Of a stretch of DNA of 64,000 nt, positions 9,604-19,106 are shown in pieces. Every line of letters begins with the position of its first letter. Within the stretch, counting starts at the first letter, position 1. Made by a program: the position numbers and the translations under genes. The notes under the pieces are model-generated. The model did no database searches. It had not been told where the DNA came from and worked only from the letters and a program-made list of their open reading frames with translations. Source of the DNA: an uncultured Alcanivoracaceae bacterium (GTDB lineage: Bacteria; Pseudomonadota; Gammaproteobacteria; Pseudomonadales; Alcanivoracaceae); the NCBI GenBank assembly GCA_964389795.1, contig CAYMEY010000008.1, positions 14,851-78,850 of the forward strand, in the 5' to 3' direction.

Positions 9604-10957
9604 GTCAGGTCAGGTGATTGTACCGCGTCCGCTCGATCCGGGGGCACTGCCGAAGCTGCGCCAGCGCGCAGAAAAAGTACTCGAAGTGGCCAAACGTCAG
9701 GGCGCGGATGCGGCCGAGGTGGGCATCAGCCTGAGTCAGGGGTTGTCCGTCACTGTGCGTATGGGCGAAGTGGAAACACTGGAGTTCCATCGCGATCGCG
9801 GTATTTCCCTGACAGTCTATATCGGTCAGAGCAAGGGATCTGCCAGCAGTGGCGATGATTCCGACGTCAGTATTGAAGAAATGGTGCGTGCCGCTTGCGC
9901 CATCGCCCGACAAACGGGTGCCGATGCCGCCGCCGGTCTGGCGCCGGTGGAGCTGCTGGCCGATGACTGCCCGGATCTCGATCTCTATCACCCGTGGGAG
10001 ATAACGCCGCAGCAGGCGATCACTCAGGCACTTGAGTGTGAGCAGGCCGGTCGCGTCGATGCACGCATCGTGAATTCTGAAGGCGCCAGCATCAGCTCGG
10101 GGTCCAGTCTGCGCTGGTACGCCAACAGCAACGGCTTTTCCGCCGGCTATCCCGCCAGCCACCACAGTCGCAGTTGTGTGCTGGTGGCGGAACAGGATGG
10201 CGCCATGCAGAGAGATTACTGGTATGACAGCCGCCGACAGGCCGATGCGCTGATGGATCCCCGGGCACTGGGGGAACGGGCGGCCGCACGCACGCTGGCG
10301 CGACTCGGTGCACGCCGGCCGCGCACGGGCAAATGGCCGGTGTTGTTCGCGCCGGAAGTGGCGTCCGGATTGCTCGGTCATTTTGTCGGTGCGATCAGTG
10401 GCGGCAGCCTGTATCGCAATGCCTCTTTTTTGAAGGATCGCCTTGGCGACAGCCTGTTCCCTGACTGGGTGACGATCGGAGAACTGCCACGTTTGCACGG
10501 CGGCGCTGCATCAGCGCCGTTTGATACCGACGGCTTGCCCACCCGGACACAAAATTATGTCGAAAAGGGTGTGTTGGCGGGCTATGCCCTCGGCCTGTAC
10601 GCGTCGCGCCGGCTCGGCCTTGCAGCCACAGGCAATGGTGGCGGGGTGCGCAACCTGCGCATCAGTGACAGTGCCGAGGACCAGAGCGCGTTGCTGCGAA
10701 AGCTTGGTACCGGTGTGCTGGTCACCGAAGCCATGGGGCCAGGTGTAAACCTGGTCAGTGGCGATTACTCTCGAGGCGCAGCCGGTTATTGGGTAGAAGA
10801 TGGCGAGATCAGCTACCCGATTGAGGAGTTTACGATTGCCGGTCATCTGGGTGACATGTTCAGGCATATGATCGGATCAGGTACGGATGTCGATAACCGT
10901 GGCAATATCCAATCCGGGTCGTTGCTGTTGGCGCCCATGAATATTGCCGGTGAATAA
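9602..10957 (+). CDS. pmbA: Metalloprotease PmbA (TldE)
   Basis: Clear similarity across the length to E. coli PmbA (e.g. SGDYSRGAAGYWVEDGEISYP, LLLAPMNIAGE). ATG 9596 or 9602. The 9413 ORF start is an artefactual extension. Confidence 0.93.
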   Translation: MSGQVIVPRPLDPGALPKLRQRAEKVLEVAKRQGADAAEVGISLSQGLSVTVRMGEVETLEFHRDRGISLTVYIGQSKGSASSGDDSDVSIEEMVRAACAIARQTGADAAAGLAPVELLADDCPDLDLYHPWEITPQQAITQALECEQAGRVDARIVNSEGASISSGSSLRWYANSNGFSAGYPASHHSRSCVLVAEQDGAMQRDYWYDSRRQADALMDPRALGERAAARTLARLGARRPRTGKWPVLFAPEVASGLLGHFVGAISGGSLYRNASFLKDRLGDSLFPDWVTIGELPRLHGGAASAPFDTDGLPTRTQNYVEKGVLAGYALGLYASRRLGLAATGNGGGVRNLRISDSAEDQSALLRKLGTGVLVTEAMGPGVNLVSGDYSRGAAGYWVEDGEISYPIEEFTIAGHLGDMFRHMIGSGTDVDNRGNIQSGSLLLAPMNIAGE

Positions 10958-10981
10958 CAACGTAAAGGGTGGGGGAGTGCA

Positions 10982-11791
10982 ATGAGTGAGAACAATCCGT
11001 ATCAGCAGCCCAAGGCAGAACTGCTGGAGGGCGTGGAGCAAGCCAGTTTTGGCGCCATCACGCAGTCACGCCGCACGCCGTTCGGCCATGGCGCTACCTG
11101 GCTGGCAGATGCGTGGCGCATGTTTACCCTGAATTGGGGCTTGTGGTTGGCAGGCGTGTTGGTGGTGATGCTGATTGCCATGGCGATCGGTTTTATTCCG
11201 TTGATCGGTACGCTTGCGGGACCGCTGATGAATCCAGTGCTGTATGCCGGCATCTTTATCGTGGCGCGCAAGATGGATGCCGGTCAGTCGGTGGACTTTG
11301 GTGACTTCTTTTATGGCTTCCAGAATCGCACCGGCACCCTGATTGGATTCGGTGCGATAAATTTGTTGCTCGCCATCGTTTTCATGGTGGTCATTGGTGT
11401 TTTGGCGTGGGCGATACTGGGTAGCGATTTTTCCGCCATGATGAGTGCCGTGGATGCTGACTCTGTCCCTCAGGCCAATCCGCAGTTCGCGCTCAATCTG
11501 GCGCTGGTGGGATTGATTGCGTTGGCAGTGATGGTGCCGTGGATGGCGCTGATCTGGTTTGCCGTGCCCCTGTTGGTACTGGATGACAGCATGACCATCG
11601 GCCGTGCCATGTCGCTGAGTTTTTCCGGTTGTCTGAAGAATATCCTGCCGATGTTTCTGTATGGCCTGCTGGCGACAGTGCTGGTGGTCGCTGCCTTGAT
11701 TCCATTGATGCTCGGATTGCTGGTGGTGATGCCGTTGATGTTTATCAGTCTGTACACATCGCTGAAGGATATCTACGTTCAGGCGGCGTGA
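10982..11791 (+). CDS. Uncharacterised polytopic inner-membrane protein (BPSS1780/DUF2189-like architecture)
   Basis: 269 aa. A soluble N-terminal segment is followed by about 5-6 hydrophobic helices. GC3-rich codon usage fits a real gene. I recognise no catalytic motif. Confidence 0.7.
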   Translation: MSENNPYQQPKAELLEGVEQASFGAITQSRRTPFGHGATWLADAWRMFTLNWGLWLAGVLVVMLIAMAIGFIPLIGTLAGPLMNPVLYAGIFIVARKMDAGQSVDFGDFFYGFQNRTGTLIGFGAINLLLAIVFMVVIGVLAWAILGSDFSAMMSAVDADSVPQANPQFALNLALVGLIALAVMVPWMALIWFAVPLLVLDDSMTIGRAMSLSFSGCLKNILPMFLYGLLATVLVVAALIPLMLGLLVVMPLMFISLYTSLKDIYVQAA

Positions 11792-11800
11792 GGCCGTGGT

Positions 11801-13156
11801 CTAGAGCAGCGTCATAAACAGTATGGTGGCCAGGCCAAGGAAGGCGAAAAAGCCCACCACATCTGTAATGGTTGTCAGCACCACACCGCCTGCCAGCGCC
11901 GGATCAATGCCGGCGCGTTTAAGTAGCATCGGCAGCAGCGCACCGGCGCCTGCTGCAATCACCAGATTGATAATCATGGCAACCCCCAGTACCAGGCCGA
12001 TGCGGGAATCATCGAACCAGTACCCGGCGGCGACACCGACCAGCGTTGCCCAGATCACACCGTTGAGCGCGCCCACCGATAATTCCTTGATCAGCAGATA
12101 GCGGGTGTTGTCGGCCTTGATCTGTCCGAGCGCCATTGCGCGGATGACCAGCGTCAGGGTCTGACTGCCGGCAATGCCGCCCATGCTTGCGACGATCGGC
12201 ATGAGCACGGCGAGCGCCACCACCTTGTCGATGGTGTCCTGAAACAGGCCGATGACCGCCGATGCAGCAAGCGCTGTCAGCAGGTTAATGCCCAGCCAGA
12301 CGGCGCGGTGACGCAGCGTGTGCCAGACCGAGCCAAAGGTGTCCTCGTCTTCATCCAGGCCGGCCATGCTAAGCAGGGAATGATCGGCCTCATAAAGAAT
12401 TACATCGACCACGTCATCAATAGTGATACGCCCAACCAGTACGCCCTGATCGTCGATCACCGGCGCAGATACCAGATCTCGGCGTTCAAAAATCTTGGCC
12501 ACTTCGGTGTCTTTCATGTCCACCGGAATCGGCTCGATATCGGTGATCATGGCCTCACGAACGGTGCTGCCGCTGTCGAACACCAATACCCGTGACAGGG
12601 GCAGGATGCCAATGAACTGGTTCTTGCGATTGACCACCAGCAGATTATCGGTGGTGTCCGGAATGGCGCCGTGGAAACGCAAATAGCGCTGCACCACACT
12701 GAGCGTGATTTCCGGGCGGACCGTAATCACGTCGGTGTTCATCAGGCCACCGGCGGTATCTTCCGGGTAACTCAGCACCGCTTCGAGACGCTCACGATTC
12801 TGTTCGTCCAGCGCCGACAGGACCTGCTGGGTGATCTGCTCCGGCAGCTCCTGCAGCAGGTCAGCGAGATCGTCTACTTCCATGTCTTCCACCAGCAGCA
12901 ACAGCTGGTCTGCCGACAGCCCCTTGAGGAAGTCGGCGCGCACCTCTTCACTCAGGTATTGCAGTACCTCGGTGCCATGCTCATCGTTGAGCAACTGCCA
13001 GAGCAGGTTGCGCTCGCGTGGAGGTGAGGATTCCAGCAGGTGGGCAACGTCCGGGGCGGGCAACTGATTAAGCAGGTGGCGCAATTGTCCCAGCGAGCCA
13101 CTGCTGAGGGCACGATCAATCGCCTTCATATGCTTGTTGCTGGAAATTTCGGCCAT
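11801..13156 (-). CDS. mgtE: Magnesium transporter MgtE
   Basis: 451 aa with an N-domain, tandem CBS region and C-terminal 5-TM domain (GIAGSQTLTLVIRAM, GVVLTTITDVVGFF). Confidence 0.93.
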   Translation of the reverse strand: MAEISSNKHMKAIDRALSSGSLGQLRHLLNQLPAPDVAHLLESSPPRERNLLWQLLNDEHGTEVLQYLSEEVRADFLKGLSADQLLLLVEDMEVDDLADLLQELPEQITQQVLSALDEQNRERLEAVLSYPEDTAGGLMNTDVITVRPEITLSVVQRYLRFHGAIPDTTDNLLVVNRKNQFIGILPLSRVLVFDSGSTVREAMITDIEPIPVDMKDTEVAKIFERRDLVSAPVIDDQGVLVGRITIDDVVDVILYEADHSLLSMAGLDEDEDTFGSVWHTLRHRAVWLGINLLTALAASAVIGLFQDTIDKVVALAVLMPIVASMGGIAGSQTLTLVIRAMALGQIKADNTRYLLIKELSVGALNGVIWATLVGVAAGYWFDDSRIGLVLGVAMIINLVIAAGAGALLPMLLKRAGIDPALAGGVVLTTITDVVGFFAFLGLATILFMTLL

Positions 13157-13228
13157 GCCCCTGAACTCCGCCGCTGCTTGCGCAGGGAGTGTACCTTGTC
13201 ACGGCGATGGCGTCAGGTCAGTTGCTGC

Positions 13229-13495
13229 TTATTGCTCGTCGAACTTGCGGGCGAACAGGTCGGTCAGCTCCGCCATCGCATCCGCTTCATCATCGCCTTC
13301 GACTTTCACCAGCAACGAACTGCCACAGGCGGCACCCAGCATCAGCAGGGCCATGATGCTCTTGGCGTCGACTTCACGACCGTCCTTGAGGATACGAATA
13401 CGCGCGCTGTAGCGCGATGCCACTGAGACGACCTTGGCGGCAGCCCGGGCGTGCAAACCGAGTAGATTGGTGATGTGCAGTTCCGCTTCAAGCAT
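13229..13495 (-). CDS. ptsO: HPr-like phosphocarrier NPr (nitrogen PTS)
   Basis: 88 aa. The GLHARAA active-site His context is present. It is the last gene of the rpoN-hpf-ptsN-rapZ-ptsO block. Confidence 0.92.
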   Translation of the reverse strand: MLEAELHITNLLGLHARAAAKVVSVASRYSARIRILKDGREVDAKSIMALLMLGAACGSSLLVKVEGDDEADAMAELTDLFARKFDEQ

Positions 13496-14346
13496 TAGCC
13501 GATTTCCAGATGACGCTTTTGTACATCGATGCCGTGCTTGAGCAGTCGCGCACTCAGTTCTTCCGCGATGTACACAGAGCGATGCTGGCCGCCGGTGCAG
13601 CCGATAGCGATGGTCATGTAGCTGCGATCATTCTTTTCGAACCGTGGCAGCCAGCGCACCAGAAAGTTGAAAATATCGTCGAGCATTTCGTGCGACTCGG
13701 GCTGCTGGAACAGGAATTCCCGTACCTGACCATCTTTGCCGTTGTACTGGCGTAGCTGAGGATTCCAGTAGGGGTTGGGCAGGACGCGCACGTCAAACAC
13801 CAGGTCGGCGTCATGCGGCACGCCGCGTTTGAAGGCGAAAGACTCCACCAATACCGACAGGGTTTCGCGCTTGTTGGCGACGCGGTCACGAATCAGGTTG
13901 CGCAATGTGTGTACATCAAGGTTGCTGGTGTCGATGACCAGGTCGGCGCGTGCGCGAATCGATGCCAGCAGACGCGCTTCATGTTCAATCGATTCGCTCA
14001 GTGACATCTGTTCGTTGCTGAGTGGATGCTTGCGTCGGGTGGCGCTGAATCGTTTCAACAGGGTGCCGTCGTCGGCATCAAGAAAGATAACGCTGAGCTC
14101 TACCTGCAACGCTTCGACCTGTTTGATCAGATCGTCAAAGCGTTGCAGCTGGGAAGCAAGGTTGCGCGCATCGATACCGACAGCCACGCGTTGCAGCTGG
14201 TGTTCCTCGCTTTCCAGCTGCGCCGCCAGCGTTGGCAGCAATCCGAGTGGCAAATTATCGACACAGTAGAATCCGAGGTCCTCCAGCGCTTGCAGGCCGG
14301 TGGTCTTGCCGGAGCCGGAGCGGCCGCTGAGGATCACAAGTTTCAT
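13495..14346 (-). CDS. rapZ: RNase adapter / nucleotide-binding protein RapZ (YhbJ)
   Basis: Walker A GRSGSGKT, C-terminal CTGGQHRSV motif, conserved position. Confidence 0.95.
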   Translation of the reverse strand: MKLVILSGRSGSGKTTGLQALEDLGFYCVDNLPLGLLPTLAAQLESEEHQLQRVAVGIDARNLASQLQRFDDLIKQVEALQVELSVIFLDADDGTLLKRFSATRRKHPLSNEQMSLSESIEHEARLLASIRARADLVIDTSNLDVHTLRNLIRDRVANKRETLSVLVESFAFKRGVPHDADLVFDVRVLPNPYWNPQLRQYNGKDGQVREFLFQQPESHEMLDDIFNFLVRWLPRFEKNDRSYMTIAIGCTGGQHRSVYIAEELSARLLKHGIDVQKRHLEIG

Positions 14347-14816
14347 GATGCCAGCCGCAGCTCCTCTTCAGATGAGGTGGCGCGCTGGTAGAGGTTTTCC
14401 GCCGAGGTGGCGTTACGTAATTGATCACGGAAGCCGGCTTCGTTAAACAGTGCCGCCAGATGACTGAGGGTCTTGAGGTGCTGTTCGGGATTTGCCTCCG
14501 GCACCAGCAAGACGAAAACCAGATCCACTGGCTTGCCGTCGATGCTCTCAAAGTCGATGGCCTCGTCCAGCCGGATCAACATGCCCACGGGCTTGTCGCA
14601 ACTGCCCAGACGGCAGTGGGGGATGGCGATACCTTCGCCAATCCCGGTGCTGCCCAGACGTTCACGTGCGATCAGGGCGTCAAACACCTGCTGCTCAGAC
14701 AGCGCACTGGCATTACTGGCCACCAGTTGCGCGACCTGATCCAGCAGGCGTTTCTTGCTGACGCCGTGGACGTCGATATGGGTATTTTCTGGAGTCAGAA
14801 TTTCACGAACTCGCAT
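14343..14816 (-). CDS. ptsN: PTS-Ntr EIIA component PtsN
   Basis: GIAIPHC active-site His motif, 157 aa, downstream of hpf. Confidence 0.93.
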   Translation of the reverse strand: MRVREILTPENTHIDVHGVSKKRLLDQVAQLVASNASALSEQQVFDALIARERLGSTGIGEGIAIPHCRLGSCDKPVGMLIRLDEAIDFESIDGKPVDLVFVLLVPEANPEQHLKTLSHLAALFNEAGFRDQLRNATSAENLYQRATSSEEELRLAS

Positions 14817-14828
14817 GATGACTGTGCG

Positions 14829-15128
14829 TCAGTGGCCGTGAGCCCTGCTGACGGACTTCTCCTTGTGCTTGAGAATTTGACGGTCAAGTTTGTCGGTGAG
14901 CATATCAATGGCCGCATACATATCGTCTGCTTCCGCCGTGGCAAACAGCTCGCCGCCTGAAATCCGGATAGTTGATTCGGCTTTGTGGGCTTTCGGTTCG
15001 GGCGAGAGGATAACCTGAATGCTGGTGATGTGATCGAAGTGTCTTTCCAGGCGGGTAAATTTATCGTTTACATATTCACGCAGTGCGTCGGTGATTTCGA
15101 GATGGTGACCACTGATGTTGATCTGCAT
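14829..15128 (-). CDS. hpf: Ribosome hibernation promoting factor (short HPF/YhbH)
   Basis: MQINISGHHLEITDALREYV is the canonical HPF N-terminus. GGAG lies 7 nt upstream of ATG 15128. The TTG 15149 start in the track is probably too long. Confidence 0.92.
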   Translation of the reverse strand: MQINISGHHLEITDALREYVNDKFTRLERHFDHITSIQVILSPEPKAHKAESTIRISGGELFATAEADDMYAAIDMLTDKLDRQILKHKEKSVSRAHGH

Positions 15129-15246
15129 AACGGGCTCCTTTTCCTGCAAAGGTAAAGCCGACTTGGGTGGCAGAGCCTGTGGCGCCCCCGGCGGTGTCTG
15201 TCATGGCCTGACGGGCCTGCATCGGGGTACGCAACCGGCGACTGGC

Positions 15247-16737
15247 TTACACCAGCCGCTTCCGCTCACTCGAAGCCGGAATGCGCATCGCCTCACGGTA
15301 CTTGGCGACGGTGCGTCTCGCTACCTGAATGCCCTGGTCATTGAGCAGGTCGGCCAGCTTGCTGTCGCTGAGCGGCTTGCGGGCATCCTCGGCGCCGATA
15401 AGCTTCTTAATAATGGCACGAATGGCGGTGCTTGAACATTCACCGCCGCTATCCGTGCCGACGTGGCTGGAGAAAAAGAATTTCAGCTCGAACACACCGC
15501 GCGGTGTGAGCATGTACTTCTGGGTGGTCACCCGAGAAATGGTGGACTCGTGCATGCCGACTGCCTCGGCAATATCGGCCAGTACCAGCGGTTTCATGGC
15601 TTCTTCGCCATACTCAAAAAAGCCCTTTTGCACCTGCACAATGCGACTGGCGACCTTGAGCAAGGTTTCGTTGCGACTCTGCAGGCTTTTCATGAACCAC
15701 TTGGCTTCCTGCAGCTGGGCGCGCAAGTAGCTGCCGTCCTCTTCACGGCGGGCACTGTTCACCAGTCCAGCATAGTGGTCGTTGATGCGTACACGCGGCA
15801 GGGAATCGGGATTGAGCTCGACTTGCCAGCGACGGCCCTGACGCTGGACCACCACATCAGGTACCACGTATTCGGCCGGGGTGTCATTGATGCCCTCGCC
15901 GGGCGCAGGATTGAGCCCGCGAATCAGGTTGAGGATTTCGGCCAGCTCCTCCTCGCTTACGCCCATGCGGCGGCGCAATGTCAGGTAGTCCCGTGCTTCG
16001 AGAATGGGCAAACACTCACGCACCAGCTGTTGCGCAGCCTCGCGCCAGTCGGCCTCATCGGTGAGCTGGTTGAGCTGGATGGACAGGCATTCCTGCAGAT
16101 CGCGCGCACACACGCCGGGTGGGTCGAATTGTTGCAGCAGGTGCAGTACGGCGAGGATTTCGTCTTCTTCTGGGAAGCTCTCGTCCGGCAGATCGTCGCC
16201 CATTTCGTGGCGAACAGTCTCCGCAATGTCTTGCAGTGATGAGGTCAGGTAGCCGCGGGCGTCGAGACATTCGATCAGTGCGACGGCGATATTGCGATCC
16301 GCGTCAGTCATCGGCGTCAGGTTGAGCTGCCAGTGCAGGTGCTCGTAGAGCGTCATCGGCGCGGCGTTGCGGGCTTCCCATGACTCGCCATCGCCATCTT
16401 CGTCACCGCCGCTGCCAGTGCCGGAGCTGCCGGGTGTGCTGGAACTTTGATAGACGTCATCCCAGTCCGTGTCGACGGCCAGATCATCGGGCAGCTGGTC
16501 GGCGTTATCGAGCTCCAGCTCCTGCGTATCGCGGTTGTCGTCCTGGTTGCTGAGCGACTCCAGCACGCCGTCGCCGCCCATGTCCTCGTCCAGCTCCAGC
16601 ATCGGGTTGGTCTCAACCGTGTCCTGGATTTCCTGACGCAAATCCAGCGCCGACAGCTGCAGCAGGCGGATCGCCTGTTGCAGCTGAGGGGTCATCTTCA
16701 GCTGCTGGCCAAGTTGTATGTGCAGGCTTTGCTTCAT
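15247..16737 (-). CDS. rpoN: RNA polymerase sigma-54
   Basis: MKQSLHIQLGQQLKMTPQLQQAIRLLQLS region I, an acidic region II, and the RpoN box ARRTVAKYR near the C-terminus. Confidence 0.98.
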   Translation of the reverse strand: MKQSLHIQLGQQLKMTPQLQQAIRLLQLSALDLRQEIQDTVETNPMLELDEDMGGDGVLESLSNQDDNRDTQELELDNADQLPDDLAVDTDWDDVYQSSSTPGSSGTGSGGDEDGDGESWEARNAAPMTLYEHLHWQLNLTPMTDADRNIAVALIECLDARGYLTSSLQDIAETVRHEMGDDLPDESFPEEDEILAVLHLLQQFDPPGVCARDLQECLSIQLNQLTDEADWREAAQQLVRECLPILEARDYLTLRRRMGVSEEELAEILNLIRGLNPAPGEGINDTPAEYVVPDVVVQRQGRRWQVELNPDSLPRVRINDHYAGLVNSARREEDGSYLRAQLQEAKWFMKSLQSRNETLLKVASRIVQVQKGFFEYGEEAMKPLVLADIAEAVGMHESTISRVTTQKYMLTPRGVFELKFFFSSHVGTDSGGECSSTAIRAIIKKLIGAEDARKPLSDSKLADLLNDQGIQVARRTVAKYREAMRIPASSERKRLV

Positions 16738-16864
16738 CGTGCTCCGGGTACTGCATCAGGAAAACGTGAAGCAGGATACCAGTACGCAATTTTCATGCCT
16801 ATTCTTGAAAGCCATCACCGGAAGGTGTATGGCAGTACCAGAATGGTGCACGTGAAGGGGGAGG

Positions 16865-17590
16865 TCAGAGGCGGAAATCGGCGCCCAGATAGACGTCTCG
16901 CACCTGCTGGTTGGAGAGGATGGTGTCGGCATCGCCTTCGGCGATGATGTGGCCCTCACTGACAATGTAGGCGGTGTCGCAGATGTCCAGCGTCTCGCGC
17001 ACATTGTGGTCGGTGATCAGTACGCCGATGCCGCGCTGCTTCAGGTGGCGGATGATGTCCTTGATATCATTGACCGAGATCGGGTCGACGCCGGCAAAGG
17101 GCTCATCCAGCAGAATGAAGGCCGGGTCGGTGGCGAGGCCGCGGGCAATCTCCGCGCGCCGGCGTTCGCCGCCGGAAAGGGCCATGCCCAGACTGTTGCG
17201 GATATGAGTGATGTGGAATTCCTGCAGCAGTTCCTCAAGGCGTTGCTTGCGCTGCTTGCGATCCAGGTCCTTGCGTGTTTCCAGAATCGCCATGATGTTG
17301 TCGGCCACGCTCAGGCGGCGAAAGATACTGGCTTCCTGAGGCAGGTAGCCGATGCCGGCTCGCGCCCTGCCGTGCATGGGCATGCGGGTGATATCTCGCT
17401 CATCGATGCGGATGCGGCCGCTGTCGGGCGGCAGCAGGCCAACAATCATATAGAAGCAGGTGGTCTTGCCCGCGCCGTTGGGGCCGAGCAGGCCGACCAC
17501 TTCTCCGGCATCGACCTTGATCGAAACATCCTCAATCACGCGACGGCCGCGGTAGCTCTTTGCCAGACTGCTGGCGCTCAGGGTCTTCAA
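16865..17590 (-). CDS. lptB: LPS export ABC transporter ATPase LptB
   Basis: Walker [10 protein letters not shown], signature [11 protein letters not shown] start 17590 lies 4 nt after the lptA stop and gives 241 aa, as for E. coli LptB. The track's longer ORF overlaps lptA. Confidence 0.93.
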   Translation of the reverse strand: MKTLSASSLAKSYRGRRVIEDVSIKVDAGEVVGLLGPNGAGKTTCFYMIVGLLPPDSGRIRIDERDITRMPMHGRARAGIGYLPQEASIFRRLSVADNIMAILETRKDLDRKQRKQRLEELLQEFHITHIRNSLGMALSGGERRRAEIARGLATDPAFILLDEPFAGVDPISVNDIKDIIRHLKQRGIGVLITDHNVRETLDICDTAYIVSEGHIIAEGDADTILSNQQVRDVYLGADFRL

Positions 17591-17594
17591 CGCG

Positions 17595-18059
17595 TTACTC
17601 CAGTTCTTCCGCCGGGATGACCAGTTTGACGCGGCCATCGTCGCCGCCTCTGGCATCCACTTGCTTGCTGTCCAGCTGATATTCCAGCTCCGCACCCTCG
17701 AAGATACGGCCCTGGTGATTCACATAGGCTTGTTCGTAAATGCGAATGCGGCGCTCGGGTACCTCGTACACCAACCGGTTGCCGCGCGCCTCGAGCGTGT
17801 CGCCGTCGGTCAGTTGTACCGGCGCGCCGCGCGCTTCAATGCGCAGTGGCTGACCGTTCCTGAGTTCGATTTTCAGCCAGTCAGCATTCAGTGCCCTGGC
17901 ACCCTGCTGCAGCTCGGCCTTGCCCTGATAGATGGCGAAGCCCTGTGTCTGGTTCAGGGTGGCACTGTCTGCGCGGATGATGATCTCTTCAACTGTCGGG
18001 GCGGCCACGGCGGTCACCACCGTACCCAGCAGTACGAAACTAGTCAGCAGTCGGTACAT
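17595..18059 (-). CDS. lptA: LPS transport periplasmic protein LptA
   Basis: Signal peptide plus an OstA-like beta-jellyroll sequence. It lies between lptC and lptB. Confidence 0.9.
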   Translation of the reverse strand: MYRLLTSFVLLGTVVTAVAAPTVEEIIIRADSATLNQTQGFAIYQGKAELQQGARALNADWLKIELRNGQPLRIEARGAPVQLTDGDTLEARGNRLVYEVPERRIRIYEQAYVNHQGRIFEGAELEYQLDSKQVDARGGDDGRVKLVIPAEELE

Positions 18060-18597
18060 ATCGGGTTTCTACCCCACCCTTGATCTCGATCACGCCTTTG
18101 TTCAGGTCGGCGTCGAGTTTGCCTGCCCTGGTGCGACCCCCGGGATGTGCAATCTGCACTGCCACCGGGATCTCCAGACGCTCTTCACCGGCGTGGTAAA
18201 TCAGCTTTTCTGTACGCAGACTGATCGGCTCGGGTCCATCGCGCTGGGCGCGGACGGCACCCTGCAATTCAATCCGTTTCTCGGATTCGCGCATGTTGCC
18301 CTGATTCGCCTGCACCAGCCAGCGCGCTGTGTTGCCAAACATTTCAACCCGTGGTTCGAGCATTTCCGAGCGATTGCTGGTTTCGTACCAGGCCAGACTG
18401 CTGGCGGAAAGATGATAGTCCGGGGTGCCGTCGGGTTTGTGCCGCGTCGCGTCCATCTGCTCGAGGATCAGGGTCGGCACATCAGGCCGTTCCGGTGTCG
18501 GTGGCGCGGTGCTGTAGTCCCATTCGTGCAGTGTCATCAGCACAATCATGGCGAGCAGTGCGATGCCGCTGAGGCTGAGCAGTCCTTGTCGTTTCAC
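18040..18597 (-). CDS. lptC: LPS export protein LptC
   Basis: GTG 18597 overlaps the kdsC stop (GTGA). It has an N-terminal TM anchor (LLSLSGIALLAMIVLMTL). About 185 aa, in the conserved position. Confidence 0.85.
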   Translation of the reverse strand: MKRQGLLSLSGIALLAMIVLMTLHEWDYSTAPPTPERPDVPTLILEQMDATRHKPDGTPDYHLSASSLAWYETSNRSEMLEPRVEMFGNTARWLVQANQGNMRESEKRIELQGAVRAQRDGPEPISLRTEKLIYHAGEERLEIPVAVQIAHPGGRTRAGKLDADLNKGVIEIKGGVETRYVPTAD

Positions 18598-19106
18598 TGG
18601 CTGGCGGGCCTTGCGCCGAGAATGAAATCGCAAATCTCGCGCACAGCGCCTTCGCCGCCGCGACGCTGGGTCACCATGTCCGCTGCCGCATGGGCCACGG
18701 CATGGCCGTTGGGTACGGAAAATGCCAATCCGGCCCATTGCAGTGCACTGACATCCGGCTCATCGTCGCCGGCGTAGCCACACTCCGATGCCTCAACACC
18801 AAGTTGTTGCGCCAGGGCGGACAGTGCCGTGCCTTTATCCTCCCTTCCCTGAATCACGTGCTCGATGCCGAGGTCGGCGGCACGGCGCGCGACCATGGCC
18901 GAGGTGCGGCCGGTAATGATGGCGATGGTGATGCCGGCGGCGGCAAGCTGCTTGATGCCGTGGCCGTCGAGGGTATTGAACACTTTCAGCGCTTCGCCCT
19001 CAGCGCCGAAATACAACTGGCCGTCGGTCATTACGCCGTCGACGTCGAACGCCATCAGTTTGAGAGTGCGCGCACGGGCACGCAGGGCATTGCTGGATGC
19101 AGACAT
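18594..19106 (-). CDS. kdsC: KDO 8-phosphate phosphatase KdsC
   Basis: HAD motif I FDVDGVMTDG, 170 aa, downstream of kdsD. Confidence 0.93.
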   Translation of the reverse strand: MSASSNALRARARTLKLMAFDVDGVMTDGQLYFGAEGEALKVFNTLDGHGIKQLAAAGITIAIITGRTSAMVARRAADLGIEHVIQGREDKGTALSALAQQLGVEASECGYAGDDEPDVSALQWAGLAFSVPNGHAVAHAAADMVTQRRGGEGAVREICDFILGARPASQ

